Positions 27,913 to 38,338 of a DNA stretch of 40,892 nt are shown piece after piece. The stretch is from positions 1-40,892 of IMG/VR virus record IMGVR_UViG_3300032281_001698; one strand, given 5' to 3'. The translations under genes were made by a program, and so were the position numbers. The stretch comes from a virus (lineage: Duplodnaviria; Caudoviricetes). How positions within the stretch are numbered: position 1 is the first letter of the stretch; each line of letters starts with the position of its first letter. A model generated the notes under the pieces. The model was not told the origin of the DNA. It made no database searches and saw only the letters and a list, made by a program, of their open reading frames with translations.

Positions 27913-29812
27913 AAAAACAGTATTAATGCATTCTAATTTTTGTAAAGCTTTTACAGGATTTGGTAAAAATAAAAAAAATATTTTAAGATATCTTTATTCA
28001 ACAAATAAATATAATATTGTTGAAGCTGCAAATGGACATGATTTTAGAAAAAATCAAATTACAAATTCAACTCCGTGGCAATGCTATGGCACTTTACCGC
28101 CAATAGAAACAATTCAGAACTTAAATCAAGACGAACAAAGGGTTGCTGGCTATGGAGGATTAATGATTGACCAGATTATTAATACAGTAAAACCAGATGT
28201 CTATATTGGTATAGAGGATATCTGGGCATTCAATCAATTTCATACAAAACCTTGGTGGAATAAAATAAATTGTATGGTATGGACTACACTAGACAGTCTT
28301 CCAATATTACCCCAAGCTATTGAGTATGCACCAAAAATAAAAAACTATTATGTGTGGTCTTCATTTGCAGAAAAAGCATTTCAACAGATGGGCTATGATC
28401 ATGTAAAAACATTACATGGATCAGTAGATATTCATAATTTTTATAAATTAGATATTCAAAAAAGAAATGAATTAAGACTCCAAAACAATATAGATTTAGA
28501 TTCTTTTGTTATCGGTTTTGTATTCAGAAATCAATTAAGAAAGTCGGTTCCCAATCTTTTAGATGGATTTAAGATTTTCAAAAACAAAAATCCAGAATCC
28601 AAATGCAAACTATTATTACATACCTGCTGGTCAGAAGGGTGGAATATTATTAATTTTTTAAATGAAAAGGGCATTGATCACAATGATATTATTACTACTT
28701 ATTTTTGTAATAATTGCAATACATATAAAATAAAACCATTTAGCGGAGAACAACAAAATTGTGATTCATGTGGAGAAAATAACACATTAAATACCACTAA
28801 TGTTACCCACGGAGTAAATGAAAAACAATTAAATGAAATTTATAATTTAATGGATGTCTATTGCCACCCATTTACAAGCGGAGGGCAAGAGATTCCAATT
28901 CAAGAAGCTAAACTTACGGAGTTGATTACACTAGTAACTAATTATTCTTGTGGCGAAGAGAACTGCACAGAAGAAAGCGGTGGTATCCCGCTTGAATGGA
29001 GTGAATATAGAGAACCAGGAACTCAATTTATCAAAGCTTCAACATCTCCAGAATCCATAGCATTAAACCTAGAAAAGGTTTACAATATGAACGCTGAAGA
29101 AAAAAATAGAATTGGAGTCATAGCTAGAAATTGGGTTATTGATAATTTTTCAGTAGAAGTAATAGGTCGAAAATTGGAAGAAATTATTGATTCCATGCCA
29201 GATCATAATTATGATTTCTCTAATTCAGAAACAAAGTTTAATGAATATTATAAACCATCCAAAGGGCAGATGTCTATTGAAGAATTTATTATAGACATTC
29301 ACAAAAATATTTTAAATGAAGATATAGATTTTAATTCCAATGCATTTAAGATATGGAGAAATAAAATAACGAATGAAAAAATAAATACTGATCAGGTGGT
29401 AGATCATTTTATAAAAATAGCAAAAGAAAATAATTTAAAAAACAAAAAAATAGAATTTTCATCATTGTTTTCAAAGGAAGACGAAGGCAAAAGGATTGCC
29501 ATAATTATTCCACAATCAGAAACAGATGTATTATTAATTAATTCTTTGATAAAAAATTTAAAAAAGCAATACCCAACATATAACATATATATATTTACCG
29601 ATCCAAAATATTTTGAATACATAGAAGATAATCCATTTATTTATAAATGCTTACCATATTCACCAATTTTAGAAAATCAATTCATGCTAGAAGGGGTTGG
29701 TGACTCTAATGGGTTTTTTCAATTGGCATTTCATCCACATACGACTACACAAAAAAATATCTCTTATATTCATAATGGTTTAGCTAAAAATCAATTTTCA
29801 TTATATAAATAA
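27902..29812 (+). CDS. GT4-like glycosyltransferase with zinc-ribbon insert and C-terminal GT9-N-like domain
   Basis: TGFG, KPDV, HGSVD, RNQLRKS, CNNC/CDSC, GGQEIPIQEA; tail IAIIIPQSETDVLL...LKKQYP...NPFI. Confidence 0.8.
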   Translation: MKNKKTVLMHSNFCKAFTGFGKNKKNILRYLYSTNKYNIVEAANGHDFRKNQITNSTPWQCYGTLPPIETIQNLNQDEQRVAGYGGLMIDQIINTVKPDVYIGIEDIWAFNQFHTKPWWNKINCMVWTTLDSLPILPQAIEYAPKIKNYYVWSSFAEKAFQQMGYDHVKTLHGSVDIHNFYKLDIQKRNELRLQNNIDLDSFVIGFVFRNQLRKSVPNLLDGFKIFKNKNPESKCKLLLHTCWSEGWNIINFLNEKGIDHNDIITTYFCNNCNTYKIKPFSGEQQNCDSCGENNTLNTTNVTHGVNEKQLNEIYNLMDVYCHPFTSGGQEIPIQEAKLTELITLVTNYSCGEENCTEESGGIPLEWSEYREPGTQFIKASTSPESIALNLEKVYNMNAEEKNRIGVIARNWVIDNFSVEVIGRKLEEIIDSMPDHNYDFSNSETKFNEYYKPSKGQMSIEEFIIDIHKNILNEDIDFNSNAFKIWRNKITNEKINTDQVVDHFIKIAKENNLKNKKIEFSSLFSKEDEGKRIAIIIPQSETDVLLINSLIKNLKKQYPTYNIYIFTDPKYFEYIEDNPFIYKCLPYSPILENQFMLEGVGDSNGFFQLAFHPHTTTQKNISYIHNGLAKNQFSLYK

Positions 29813-29814
29813 TT

Positions 29815-30987
29815 ATGTCACATATTTTAGAAGAATACGCAAAAAGTTTAGGTGTTTATATTTCAAAACCAATAATTTCAGAACATTATTTTCCAATTTG
29901 TGATGAAAAATATATAGTTATTTATTCTGAAGATAAAATCCAATCAAAACATTATAAGCATTATAATATGGTTTTAGAATTATTGAAACCATTTTTGATT
30001 GAAAATAATATAAAAATCATACAGATAGATTGTAATTCAAAACCAATCAATAATATAAGCAAATGCTTATCTAATTTATCATTCAGACAATACGCCTATA
30101 TAATATCAAAATCTTTGTTATATATTGGCGTTGACAATGTTTATTCTCATTATGCAAGCTCTAAAAACATACCTATTATTAATTTATTTGGCAATATATA
30201 TCCATCTATCTCAAATGGATACTGGTCTAGAAAAAATGAAAAAATTGACATTTCTGCAAAATGGTCAAATAAACCTTGTCTCAACTTAATAGATAATAAA
30301 AGTGAAATAAACACCATAAACCCAGAAGAAATAGCGGAAGCTGTTTTGACGATTTTAAAACAAAAAAAGACAATCAACTTTAAAACAATTCATATTGGCT
30401 CTCTATTTAATGAGGAGGTCATAGAAGTCATCCCAGATAAATCATTTAATAATAATTTAGATAAAAATAAAATAATATTCATTAGAACTGATTATGGATT
30501 TAATGAAGAAGTATTCCTACAATACTGTTTAAATTATAAAGTTGCAATAATTACCGATAAAATAATACAGCACAAAGGTCTACTAAAAATTAAAAACAAT
30601 ATTAAAAAACTATCTTTAATAGTTGACAAAGATTCTGATTCAATACCTGAAGAATATTTTAATATTTTAAAAAGATATAAAATTGAATTTCAAATTTTAG
30701 TAAAAAATGAAGATGATTTAGGCTTTATTAAAAATAAATATTTTGATTATCCAGTTAATTTATATACTGTAAATAAAAATAAATTAAAAAATGCGCACGA
30801 AAATTGCAAATTTCTCTCTAATAAAATTTTAGTTGAAGGCGATGATGTATTCGCAAGCAAAGCTCACTGGTTAATTAAACAAAAAATGGTTGACAAGATG
30901 TCTTACATATTAGATAATAATGAATATTGGAGTGAACTAGATCATTTTTATATTTATGAGCAAAACGAAACAAAAACAACCAGTTGA
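29815..30987 (+). CDS. GT9 (heptosyltransferase-like) C-terminal domain plus unknown domain
   Basis: LSFRQYAYIISKSLLYIGVDNVYSHYASSKNIPIINLFG and INPEEI match the GT9 donor-binding half. Confidence 0.7.
   Translation: MSHILEEYAKSLGVYISKPIISEHYFPICDEKYIVIYSEDKIQSKHYKHYNMVLELLKPFLIENNIKIIQIDCNSKPINNISKCLSNLSFRQYAYIISKSLLYIGVDNVYSHYASSKNIPIINLFGNIYPSISNGYWSRKNEKIDISAKWSNKPCLNLIDNKSEINTINPEEIAEAVLTILKQKKTINFKTIHIGSLFNEEVIEVIPDKSFNNNLDKNKIIFIRTDYGFNEEVFLQYCLNYKVAIITDKIIQHKGLLKIKNNIKKLSLIVDKDSDSIPEEYFNILKRYKIEFQILVKNEDDLGFIKNKYFDYPVNLYTVNKNKLKNAHENCKFLSNKILVEGDDVFASKAHWLIKQKMVDKMSYILDNNEYWSELDHFYIYEQNETKTTS
30890..30918 (+). promoter_or_regulatory. Sigma70-type promoter inside the upstream CDS
   Basis: TTGACA-17-GATAAT, 37 nt before ATG 30956. 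Confidence 0.55.
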
Positions 30988-31783
30988 AGTCAAAGAAGAA
31001 GTTATTGAAAATACAGCTGAGGAATCAGCTATCAGTCCATTTCAAAAATATTCAAGAAATGAACATGGTTTACTTAATAGTATAAACTATCACTTTAATA
31101 ATGATGGATCTATCAATTGGAGGAAAATGATTAAAAATGAATTCCTTTACCCTAATAAAGGTTGGTTTGATTTGCGCAAAAAAGAATTTCCTAATTCAAT
31201 CGAAGGATTAGCAGATAATCAACTTCTAATAATGCTCGGAGGCATTAAAGAACTAGCTAAACTTAGAGGCTACTATGATATTTCTTATACTCTATCTCAT
31301 GTTGAGAAAAATTATGTAACAGCCGTATGTAAGATTAAATGGATTGGTATCTATGAAACAGATAATAGAGTTATTACATTCGAAGATGCCGCCAATGCAT
31401 CAGCGGAGAACACCGATGATTTCTGTATTAAGTTTTTAGAAACAATTGCTTGTAATCGTGCATTTGTCCGTTGTGTTCGCAATTTCCTAAATATTCATAT
31501 TGTTGGCGCTGATGAGATAGATAAATCAAAAACTGCATTTCCATCTGGTTTACAGGAAACAGATTACCATTCATCAATTGTTCCTATCACACCAATCAAT
31601 ATTCTAGAAAAAGTTCTAAGAGAGAAACATAATGTTTCAAATTTTGAAGATTTTAAAAACCTTTTAAGAGATTTATGGTCATCCGAGGCTTATAGAAATG
31701 AGTCAGTTAAAGAATGGAATAAGTTTGAAGATATCCCAGCAAAAGAAGCTAGATTATTGCTATCAATTATTAGTAAAAAATGA
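30956..31783 (+). CDS. Putative Rad52/Sak-like single-strand annealing protein
   Basis: GGIKELAKLRG...TFEDAANA...ETIACNRAFVRCVRNFLNI resembles the SSAP core helix; replication context. Confidence 0.45.
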   Translation: MSKTKQKQPVEVKEEVIENTAEESAISPFQKYSRNEHGLLNSINYHFNNDGSINWRKMIKNEFLYPNKGWFDLRKKEFPNSIEGLADNQLLIMLGGIKELAKLRGYYDISYTLSHVEKNYVTAVCKIKWIGIYETDNRVITFEDAANASAENTDDFCIKFLETIACNRAFVRCVRNFLNIHIVGADEIDKSKTAFPSGLQETDYHSSIVPITPINILEKVLREKHNVSNFEDFKNLLRDLWSSEAYRNESVKEWNKFEDIPAKEARLLLSIISKK

Positions 31784-32235
31784 TAAAAAGAATACTAGAT
31801 CCAGAAGAAGGTAAAAAAGTCGCAGAAGATATATATGAATTATTTGATTTTGAAAACGAAAATCATGGTCATTTTTTACTGAAGCATAATAAAGATTCCA
31901 TAATAAATGGTTTTTGCAATAAATATCTTTTAGCTTGGGATGTTTTTGCTTGGGCCAATTTTAATGGCAAAAAATATGATGCTTTAATTGTTTTTGTAAA
32001 CGAAAAAAGTATCAAATTTGGCGAACCAATTTTCTCAGAATTTCTTTGGTTATCTAAGAACCCAAAAGCTGGATATAAACTATTCAAAGAAGCGGTTAAA
32101 TTCGCTAGAGAAAAAAAATTTAAATACATATGTATGACAAGGGTATACAAGCACCCAAATTCAGAAGAAGTTAAGAAATTTTATGAAAAAATGGGTTTCA
32201 TAAAAGATACTCAAACATTTATTGCAAAACTATGA
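31780..32235 (+). CDS. GNAT-family acetyltransferase
   Basis: GYKLFKEAVKFAREK...VKKFYEKMGF motifs. Confidence 0.75.
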   Translation: MIKRILDPEEGKKVAEDIYELFDFENENHGHFLLKHNKDSIINGFCNKYLLAWDVFAWANFNGKKYDALIVFVNEKSIKFGEPIFSEFLWLSKNPKAGYKLFKEAVKFAREKKFKYICMTRVYKHPNSEEVKKFYEKMGFIKDTQTFIAKL

Positions 32236-32396
32236 ATAATAAAAAATCTAAAGAATTAAGAAGGCTAATCAACCCCAATGATGATATTTCAAAAAGAGTT
32301 TATAAACGCCTAAAAAAGCAATATAAAAAATTATCATCTGATGCTAAACCAATTTTTATTAATGAAATTAAAAAAACTTTAAATGCAGAAGAGTAA
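32232..32396 (+). CDS. Small basic protein, 54 aa, not in the ORF track
   Basis: MNNKKSKELRRLINPNDDISKRVYKRLKKQYKKL...; ATGA overlap with the GNAT stop; fills the gap to the next gene. Confidence 0.7.
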   Translation: MNNKKSKELRRLINPNDDISKRVYKRLKKQYKKLSSDAKPIFINEIKKTLNAEE

Positions 32397-32580
32397 TTGG
32401 AATGACAAAAAAATAGGAGCATTTTGGATTAAAAAAACAAAAATAGACAAACAATATCTTTCTGGGTTTGTAGAGGTAACTTTAAAAGATGGATCAAAAG
32501 AGAAGGTTAATTTATCCATTTTTAAAAATGACTTCAAAAAAGATCAGTCTCCAGATTTCCAAGTTTACCAAGTTTTATAA
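32383..32580 (+). CDS. DUF736-like small protein
   Basis: KIGAFW.K...YLSG...IFKN...SPDFQV. Confidence 0.6.
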   Translation: MQKSNWNDKKIGAFWIKKTKIDKQYLSGFVEVTLKDGSKEKVNLSIFKNDFKKDQSPDFQVYQVL

Positions 32581-34311
32581 TTCATCTTCTTCTGCCAATT
32601 TATATAGATTTGTCTTATGTACGACATAAAACGCAGTTGGATCTATAGAATCAATGTTATTGTTGATTTTTGCTTTTAGGAGTAAATTACTACCACTTTC
32701 TTCAACAAAATAATCTATAAAAGAATTTTCACTAATAGCATATTCTGTTATATAGTACTGCTGTTTTAATTCGTCTAAATTCTCAAAGTTATTTGTAATA
32801 ATTATTTTAGAACTACATACATCTTTATTATCACTAATAACACTCGCTAAATACTCAGAGCACAATATTCCAGATCCTAATTCAATTTTATCAATTACAC
32901 TTTCATCAAAACTTAATAGTTCACCCTCTTTTATTTCTGAAAAAGAAAAAGATTTTAGACCCTGAGTGCTAAAGCTTTTGCCAGCTATATCAGCCCTAGT
33001 ATCCACTATAGCTTTATCCAATTTATATGGACCCACCTTCCATGCAAAACCTGTAGCTGATTCACTGTGAGGTACTAGATAAAACCAATAATTTTTATTT
33101 TTCTTTATTTCTTCTTCGCCAATATAAAAATTATAATTATTATTTGAGTCTGGAGTAAATAATGGAGCATCCTTAATAAAATAAGTACTATTGATTAGAA
33201 CATTTGAACTATCCCTTCCGTAAATAGAGACTTTATCAAAAGAAGTAAAAGAGGGATCATTTGAAAAATTAACTTTAAAATCAATTTTTCCACTAATTGA
33301 TTCCTTTGATACCAAAATGCCATTACCATTTGCAGTAAAAGCATTTGGTATAAACGCTTGATATGAACTTAATTGTTGATATTGGGTTAAATTAATATCA
33401 TCTAATAAAATATTTAAAATATAATTTTGAGGATCATTAGATATATAATCATGAGGGACTGTAAACTCATAAGTTTTACCATTTATTTGATTAATTCCTG
33501 CATTAAGAAATATTAAATCATTAGTAGCTGTATTTGTTACTGTGACACCTGGACCAACAAATACTCCATTATTATAGTAAAACGGAATATTTTCAGTAGA
33601 ATCACCCCAAGTTATTTTTATAGATTCTTGAGTTTGTTTTGCAAATACAATTTTAAAATTAAATAAAATATTTTTATTATTTATTGTTAATTTATATTTT
33701 TGTACATAAAATGAGTTTGCACCAATATCTGTTGGTGTTAAATATTGACCCTCTTCAACGATAGGCACATATGATTGATATCCAATTGGTTGTGGATTAA
33801 AATAAAGTCCATCTTTATCTGTAACTGATACATTTTTTATATACAGTGGATTTCTATAAACATAAAATTCACTAACATGATCAGATAGATTTGTTTTATC
33901 ATCTATATTCACTCTAATACCAAAATCTTTTTGATACGCACCAAATTTAGAAATATTTTCTTCTTTTGTGAATTCAAAAGTATTTATAAATCCACCTGTA
34001 AAATCATTAAATATTAATTGACTATTTTTGTTTAAAATATCAACTTTAATACCATTAAAAAAAACATCATCTTCTATATCAGAATCTGTTAATATTTGAT
34101 TCAATCTATTTGAAATATCAAATTCAAAATTTGTATTAGTCGCTAAACCTACAGAGATACCAGTAGAAACTTTATTTAAATCTTGATTGAGTAAATATTT
34201 TTGTCCAAATTGATATATTGGATTCTGCGTATAAGGATCAATTAATACGTCTTCCGAATCAATTGATAATTGATTAATGGCTCCCTCTCCAGCTTTAGTA
34301 TAAATTGGCAT
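32575..34311 (-). CDS. Putative virion/tail protein
   Basis: 578-aa beta-rich ORF starting 1 nt after gpJ in the tail operon. Confidence 0.55.
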   Translation of the reverse strand: MPIYTKAGEGAINQLSIDSEDVLIDPYTQNPIYQFGQKYLLNQDLNKVSTGISVGLATNTNFEFDISNRLNQILTDSDIEDDVFFNGIKVDILNKNSQLIFNDFTGGFINTFEFTKEENISKFGAYQKDFGIRVNIDDKTNLSDHVSEFYVYRNPLYIKNVSVTDKDGLYFNPQPIGYQSYVPIVEEGQYLTPTDIGANSFYVQKYKLTINNKNILFNFKIVFAKQTQESIKITWGDSTENIPFYYNNGVFVGPGVTVTNTATNDLIFLNAGINQINGKTYEFTVPHDYISNDPQNYILNILLDDINLTQYQQLSSYQAFIPNAFTANGNGILVSKESISGKIDFKVNFSNDPSFTSFDKVSIYGRDSSNVLINSTYFIKDAPLFTPDSNNNYNFYIGEEEIKKNKNYWFYLVPHSESATGFAWKVGPYKLDKAIVDTRADIAGKSFSTQGLKSFSFSEIKEGELLSFDESVIDKIELGSGILCSEYLASVISDNKDVCSSKIIITNNFENLDELKQQYYITEYAISENSFIDYFVEESGSNLLLKAKINNNIDSIDPTAFYVVHKTNLYKLAEEDEL

Positions 34312-34312
34312 G

Positions 34313-37189
34313 TTAATTAATGGTTATATCTTGCATATACGATCTATCAACCTGCACTAATTGTTCATCGTCATAATTAATAAAGAATAATGAATCTTCA
34401 GTAAAATCAGAATCATAATAAGATGTTTTATTAATTGGATTAAATGGATCTCCTAGTGCAGCCACAGAAAATATATAAGTACCTATAGCGGAAATTGAAA
34501 AAAATGTAGAAGTTTGATTAATTTCTTTTTCTTCAATAACTCCATTTGGAAAACTGCATTTTACATGATATCCAGTGGCATTTGGCACAGAATCCCATGT
34601 TCCATTTAGTCTCCAATTATTTGAAATTTTTTGTGTTATAATTTCTAAATTATCTGGTGTTTGTAAAGTTTCAGTAATTACATCAGTATGTGACCCACCC
34701 CCACCATAATAATCCTCTTTGTATTGAATACTTTTATTTTCTTCTATAAATTGAAATTTTCCAGTAATATATTTTGTAGCAATAACTTGATACTCATTTG
34801 GATTTTCTTCTTTAATAGATAAAACTTTATAAATTTTATCATCAGTATTTTTTCTTTTGAATCTATAAACACTTCCTTCCGAAATATATTGAATTAAATT
34901 TGAATTTATATCAGCTGGAGATACAGTAACTTCACAACCAAAATCTTTATTTTCTATACTGGTTATATTAGTAAAAGTTGTGATTTGAGATATACTTGAT
35001 ACAAGAGAATTATTTCTATAATCAATTATTTGTTGATCACCATTTGGATTATTTTGTTGATTTAATGTAGAAACTCCTGTTGGTGTATAAACAGTTAATT
35101 TATTATAAAAATCGTCTGAATTATGTTTTTCTGATAATCTTATTTTTCTAGAAACTTTATCGACATTTAATACCCTTCCAAAATTAGATTTTAATGTTTT
35201 TAATTCATCTTCTATAATAATTAAATCTCCAGGTTTACAAAGAAGGCTTTCAAGACCAGCCATAAAAGTAACAGATTGATTTTCTTTAATCGTTTGAAAT
35301 ATAAAATGTTGCCCAATTCTTCTGGCCATCGCTCTTGATGTAACACCCATTGCATTTAAGGTTTTTTTGAACATCCCTCTTTTCCTTATATCCTCTTCGT
35401 CTTCAACGTATTCTATTTTAGTTTCGAAATTATCAAATCTATCAATATAAGTAACCTCCATTGCGTTATATTGTTCGTCTCTTTTATAATTTGAATAACT
35501 AAAAAATCCATCTTTGACATTTGAGTTTGCAAACAAAGCGGATGGTGATTTAGGTCTATCATCTACAAAATTTATTTCAGAATTACTATAATATACAATA
35601 CCTCTAAATAGGGCCGCAATCATATTAATACTGTCATATAATTTTGTTCTCTCTTGAAAAAGAATATTACAAGAAAATCTTGGTTCTAAGCCGCCTCTTA
35701 AATCAGAAACACCAACAAAAATCCCATCTCCATCTACGGCATCACAAAATCTTCCGATTTTATATAAATCCCATTTGTCTATTTTATCTTCATTTATATA
35801 CTGCCCAAGTCCATATCTTTTACTAGATAACATGTCATATAATATCCATGCTGGATTATCTGTCCAATCAAAACGAAAACTTCCATCCCAAAATCCATTG
35901 TAAACAAGTTCTTTTGTATCCGATGCATTTTTTAAATACCTCTTATCAACACCATTATCACCAACTGGGAAATAATTACTAGGTATTTTTACTTTTTTTA
36001 ATTTTACATCAAATATTCTTGATGGAATAGATGCGAAACTCCTAGAATCTATTTTAGTTCCAACAATAGTTGAAAATGGGTATTTTAAATTTATGGGTAT
36101 GATTTCAGTTACTTTGGATAACTTCACTCTTTTTGTAACCAAAGAGGAAAAGGTTTCTGTAGACTGTCTTGTTATTTTTATATATCTTTTTTGATATGTT
36201 TGTTCTTTTCCAGATATAGTAACTGGAGGCAAAGCAAAAGCATTAAATATTTGATCACTATTAGGCGATTTAATCCATTTATAGTATTGCGCAAATGGAG
36301 CTACATCACTATTCCCCAAATCCACATTCGATTCACTTTGAATCAAAGCGACAAATCGAAAATTATACACTGCTTCTGTATTATAACCACCTAATTCATT
36401 TATCAAACCAGTTTCTACACTTACAAATAAAACACCTGGATATTTAACTCCAGCTTCTAATTTCGTAGTTCCACCTGATCCATTATTAACCTTTTCAATA
36501 TCTTTTGTTAAAGTGTCTTGTAGAGCTTCAATATTTAAAGAAATAAAACATGATGTTACGTTTGGATTGTGAATTACATGGGTTATTGGATCTGCGATTT
36601 CATTTCCATTATCTAATTGATTCCAATCTGTATAACTTTTATCTTTAACCAATCTAGCGCTATCATTACTGCCCTCTTGAGGATTAGGGTATACTGCATC
36701 CCATTCATTTGATCCACCATATTTACCGTTCCATTGTCTTAATACTTTATAGCTGTTGCTGATTATTTCAGTGTTTTCACTTATCCTATCAACCTGACCA
36801 GCTTGTCTATATGGACCTCTTAATGAAGCATTATATGAAGTATCAAAATAAACATTTTTAAAATTTTTCATTGGCTGTTGATCTTCTTCACCAAATACAG
36901 CTTGCGCTAATACATTTCCAAAATTAAATTTTCCTTCATTAGTTTTTATTACTGTATCATTAAGATAAATACCCTTAAATATATCATTATTTACTAAATT
37001 GCCATCTTTATCAACAAACCCTTCAATAGGGCCATCGGAAATTAAATCTAATATTTCCGCATTGGCAAAAGATCCAGCCATTTGATGAATACCAAGTTGA
37101 GGTGGATTTAGTTCTGCGGGTTTAACGGTAGGTTTACCACCACCGCCACCAGCTCCAGCTAAATTTAATTTTTTAAGTAAATGTTTCAT
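34313..37189 (-). CDS. Tail tip / host-specificity protein J (TipJ)
   Basis: DLISDGPIEG, KVKIPSNY, WDGSF...WTDNPAWILYD...RYGLG, EPRFSCN, FN3-like C-terminus. Confidence 0.93.
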   Translation of the reverse strand: MKHLLKKLNLAGAGGGGGKPTVKPAELNPPQLGIHQMAGSFANAEILDLISDGPIEGFVDKDGNLVNNDIFKGIYLNDTVIKTNEGKFNFGNVLAQAVFGEEDQQPMKNFKNVYFDTSYNASLRGPYRQAGQVDRISENTEIISNSYKVLRQWNGKYGGSNEWDAVYPNPQEGSNDSARLVKDKSYTDWNQLDNGNEIADPITHVIHNPNVTSCFISLNIEALQDTLTKDIEKVNNGSGGTTKLEAGVKYPGVLFVSVETGLINELGGYNTEAVYNFRFVALIQSESNVDLGNSDVAPFAQYYKWIKSPNSDQIFNAFALPPVTISGKEQTYQKRYIKITRQSTETFSSLVTKRVKLSKVTEIIPINLKYPFSTIVGTKIDSRSFASIPSRIFDVKLKKVKIPSNYFPVGDNGVDKRYLKNASDTKELVYNGFWDGSFRFDWTDNPAWILYDMLSSKRYGLGQYINEDKIDKWDLYKIGRFCDAVDGDGIFVGVSDLRGGLEPRFSCNILFQERTKLYDSINMIAALFRGIVYYSNSEINFVDDRPKSPSALFANSNVKDGFFSYSNYKRDEQYNAMEVTYIDRFDNFETKIEYVEDEEDIRKRGMFKKTLNAMGVTSRAMARRIGQHFIFQTIKENQSVTFMAGLESLLCKPGDLIIIEDELKTLKSNFGRVLNVDKVSRKIRLSEKHNSDDFYNKLTVYTPTGVSTLNQQNNPNGDQQIIDYRNNSLVSSISQITTFTNITSIENKDFGCEVTVSPADINSNLIQYISEGSVYRFKRKNTDDKIYKVLSIKEENPNEYQVIATKYITGKFQFIEENKSIQYKEDYYGGGGSHTDVITETLQTPDNLEIITQKISNNWRLNGTWDSVPNATGYHVKCSFPNGVIEEKEINQTSTFFSISAIGTYIFSVAALGDPFNPINKTSYYDSDFTEDSLFFINYDDEQLVQVDRSYMQDITIN

Positions 37190-37253
37190 AATATTTATCC
37201 AGTAAATTTACCTACAGCCTTAACACTAAAAGTTCTAGAGCCACCTGGATATT

Positions 37254-37934
37254 TCAGCCAAAAGCTTTAGTACTAGTAACACTCGTCGTATCTTCATTGA
37301 ATTTTTTGGCGATGTCATTAAATGGGATTTGAGATTGAAATGCTTTTACTGTATATTGAATAACTTGAGATCCAACTTTTAATCTCCCATATCCAATTGG
37401 GATAGATGAGCCTTGATTAGCAACATTAGCTTTATTTGAGAAATCAAAAGATTCTTTAATTGCCGTAGTAGTTGATTTAGCAGCATTTACAGTATTTTTA
37501 TTATCCTGCATTAACATTTGCAGACCCATAGTAACTGCTGTTAAAACTAATCCACCAACTAAAGTAGCAACCATACTACCAAGGCCAGTCGCTAAAAACG
37601 AAGTCATCGCTGCGGCAGTAGCAGCACCGCCCAAACTTGCAGCACCAGTTAATATTAATCCACCAACTACAGCTCCAGAACCCACTATCAAAGGAACCAA
37701 ATCTATTCTTATAAAATTATTTTGTATTTCTAATTCTTGAATATCTTGTATCTTCTTATTATCTACTATTATAGTATAATGAAATCCTTGACTTGCTAAA
37801 TCATTAATTCTATTAATAAAATTATTTAAATTAGCATCTAAAGCTTTGATGCAATCTTTTGGCTTTGGTATTTGAATTTTAAATTCAGAACCAAACTCTT
37901 TAGCTAAGATGCCATGCAAAAAAATCTCTTTCAT
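37254..37934 (-). CDS. Tail assembly protein I (ubiquitin-like N-domain)
   Basis: IFLHGILAKEFG, IDLVPLIVGSG, hydrophobic Gly/Ala stretch, QGSSIPIGYGRLKVGSQVI. Confidence 0.88.
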   Translation of the reverse strand: MKEIFLHGILAKEFGSEFKIQIPKPKDCIKALDANLNNFINRINDLASQGFHYTIIVDNKKIQDIQELEIQNNFIRIDLVPLIVGSGAVVGGLILTGAASLGGAATAAAMTSFLATGLGSMVATLVGGLVLTAVTMGLQMLMQDNKNTVNAAKSTTTAIKESFDFSNKANVANQGSSIPIGYGRLKVGSQVIQYTVKAFQSQIPFNDIAKKFNEDTTSVTSTKAFG

Positions 37935-38338
37935 AATTTTTTAATTAAATCTTTTAATTTATTTGTGTCATATTCTTTATTTTGTGGTTCATAAATTTTA
38001 AATTTATTAGTATTTAATCCGTAAACTAAGAATGGCACACAACAATTTTCTGACATTTTTATGTCAAATTCAGAAGGGTTTTCATCGCCTACAATATGAC
38101 TATGAAACACACTAACAATAGAATATTTATTTTTAAAAATTAAATAATTTAAAGCGTCTATTGCAAAAAAATTTTTAGGATCTCCAGAGCAATTTTCTTC
38201 AAGTTGAATGATATATTTCTCTTGTTTTTGATCATATCCAATAAAACCACATATTTCCATAGTTTGGTTGTTTTTTGACCAATCAACTATAGTTTTAAAA
38301 ACTGTTTTAATATTTTTTGTTTTTTTAATATTATCCAT
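37931..38338 (-). CDS. Tail assembly protein K-like JAB/MPN+ peptidase without NlpC/P60
   Basis: EICGFI and intact JAMM motif HSH-x7-S-x2-D. Start moved to ATG 38338. Confidence 0.85.
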   Translation of the reverse strand: MDNIKKTKNIKTVFKTIVDWSKNNQTMEICGFIGYDQKQEKYIIQLEENCSGDPKNFFAIDALNYLIFKNKYSIVSVFHSHIVGDENPSEFDIKMSENCCVPFLVYGLNTNKFKIYEPQNKEYDTNKLKDLIKKL

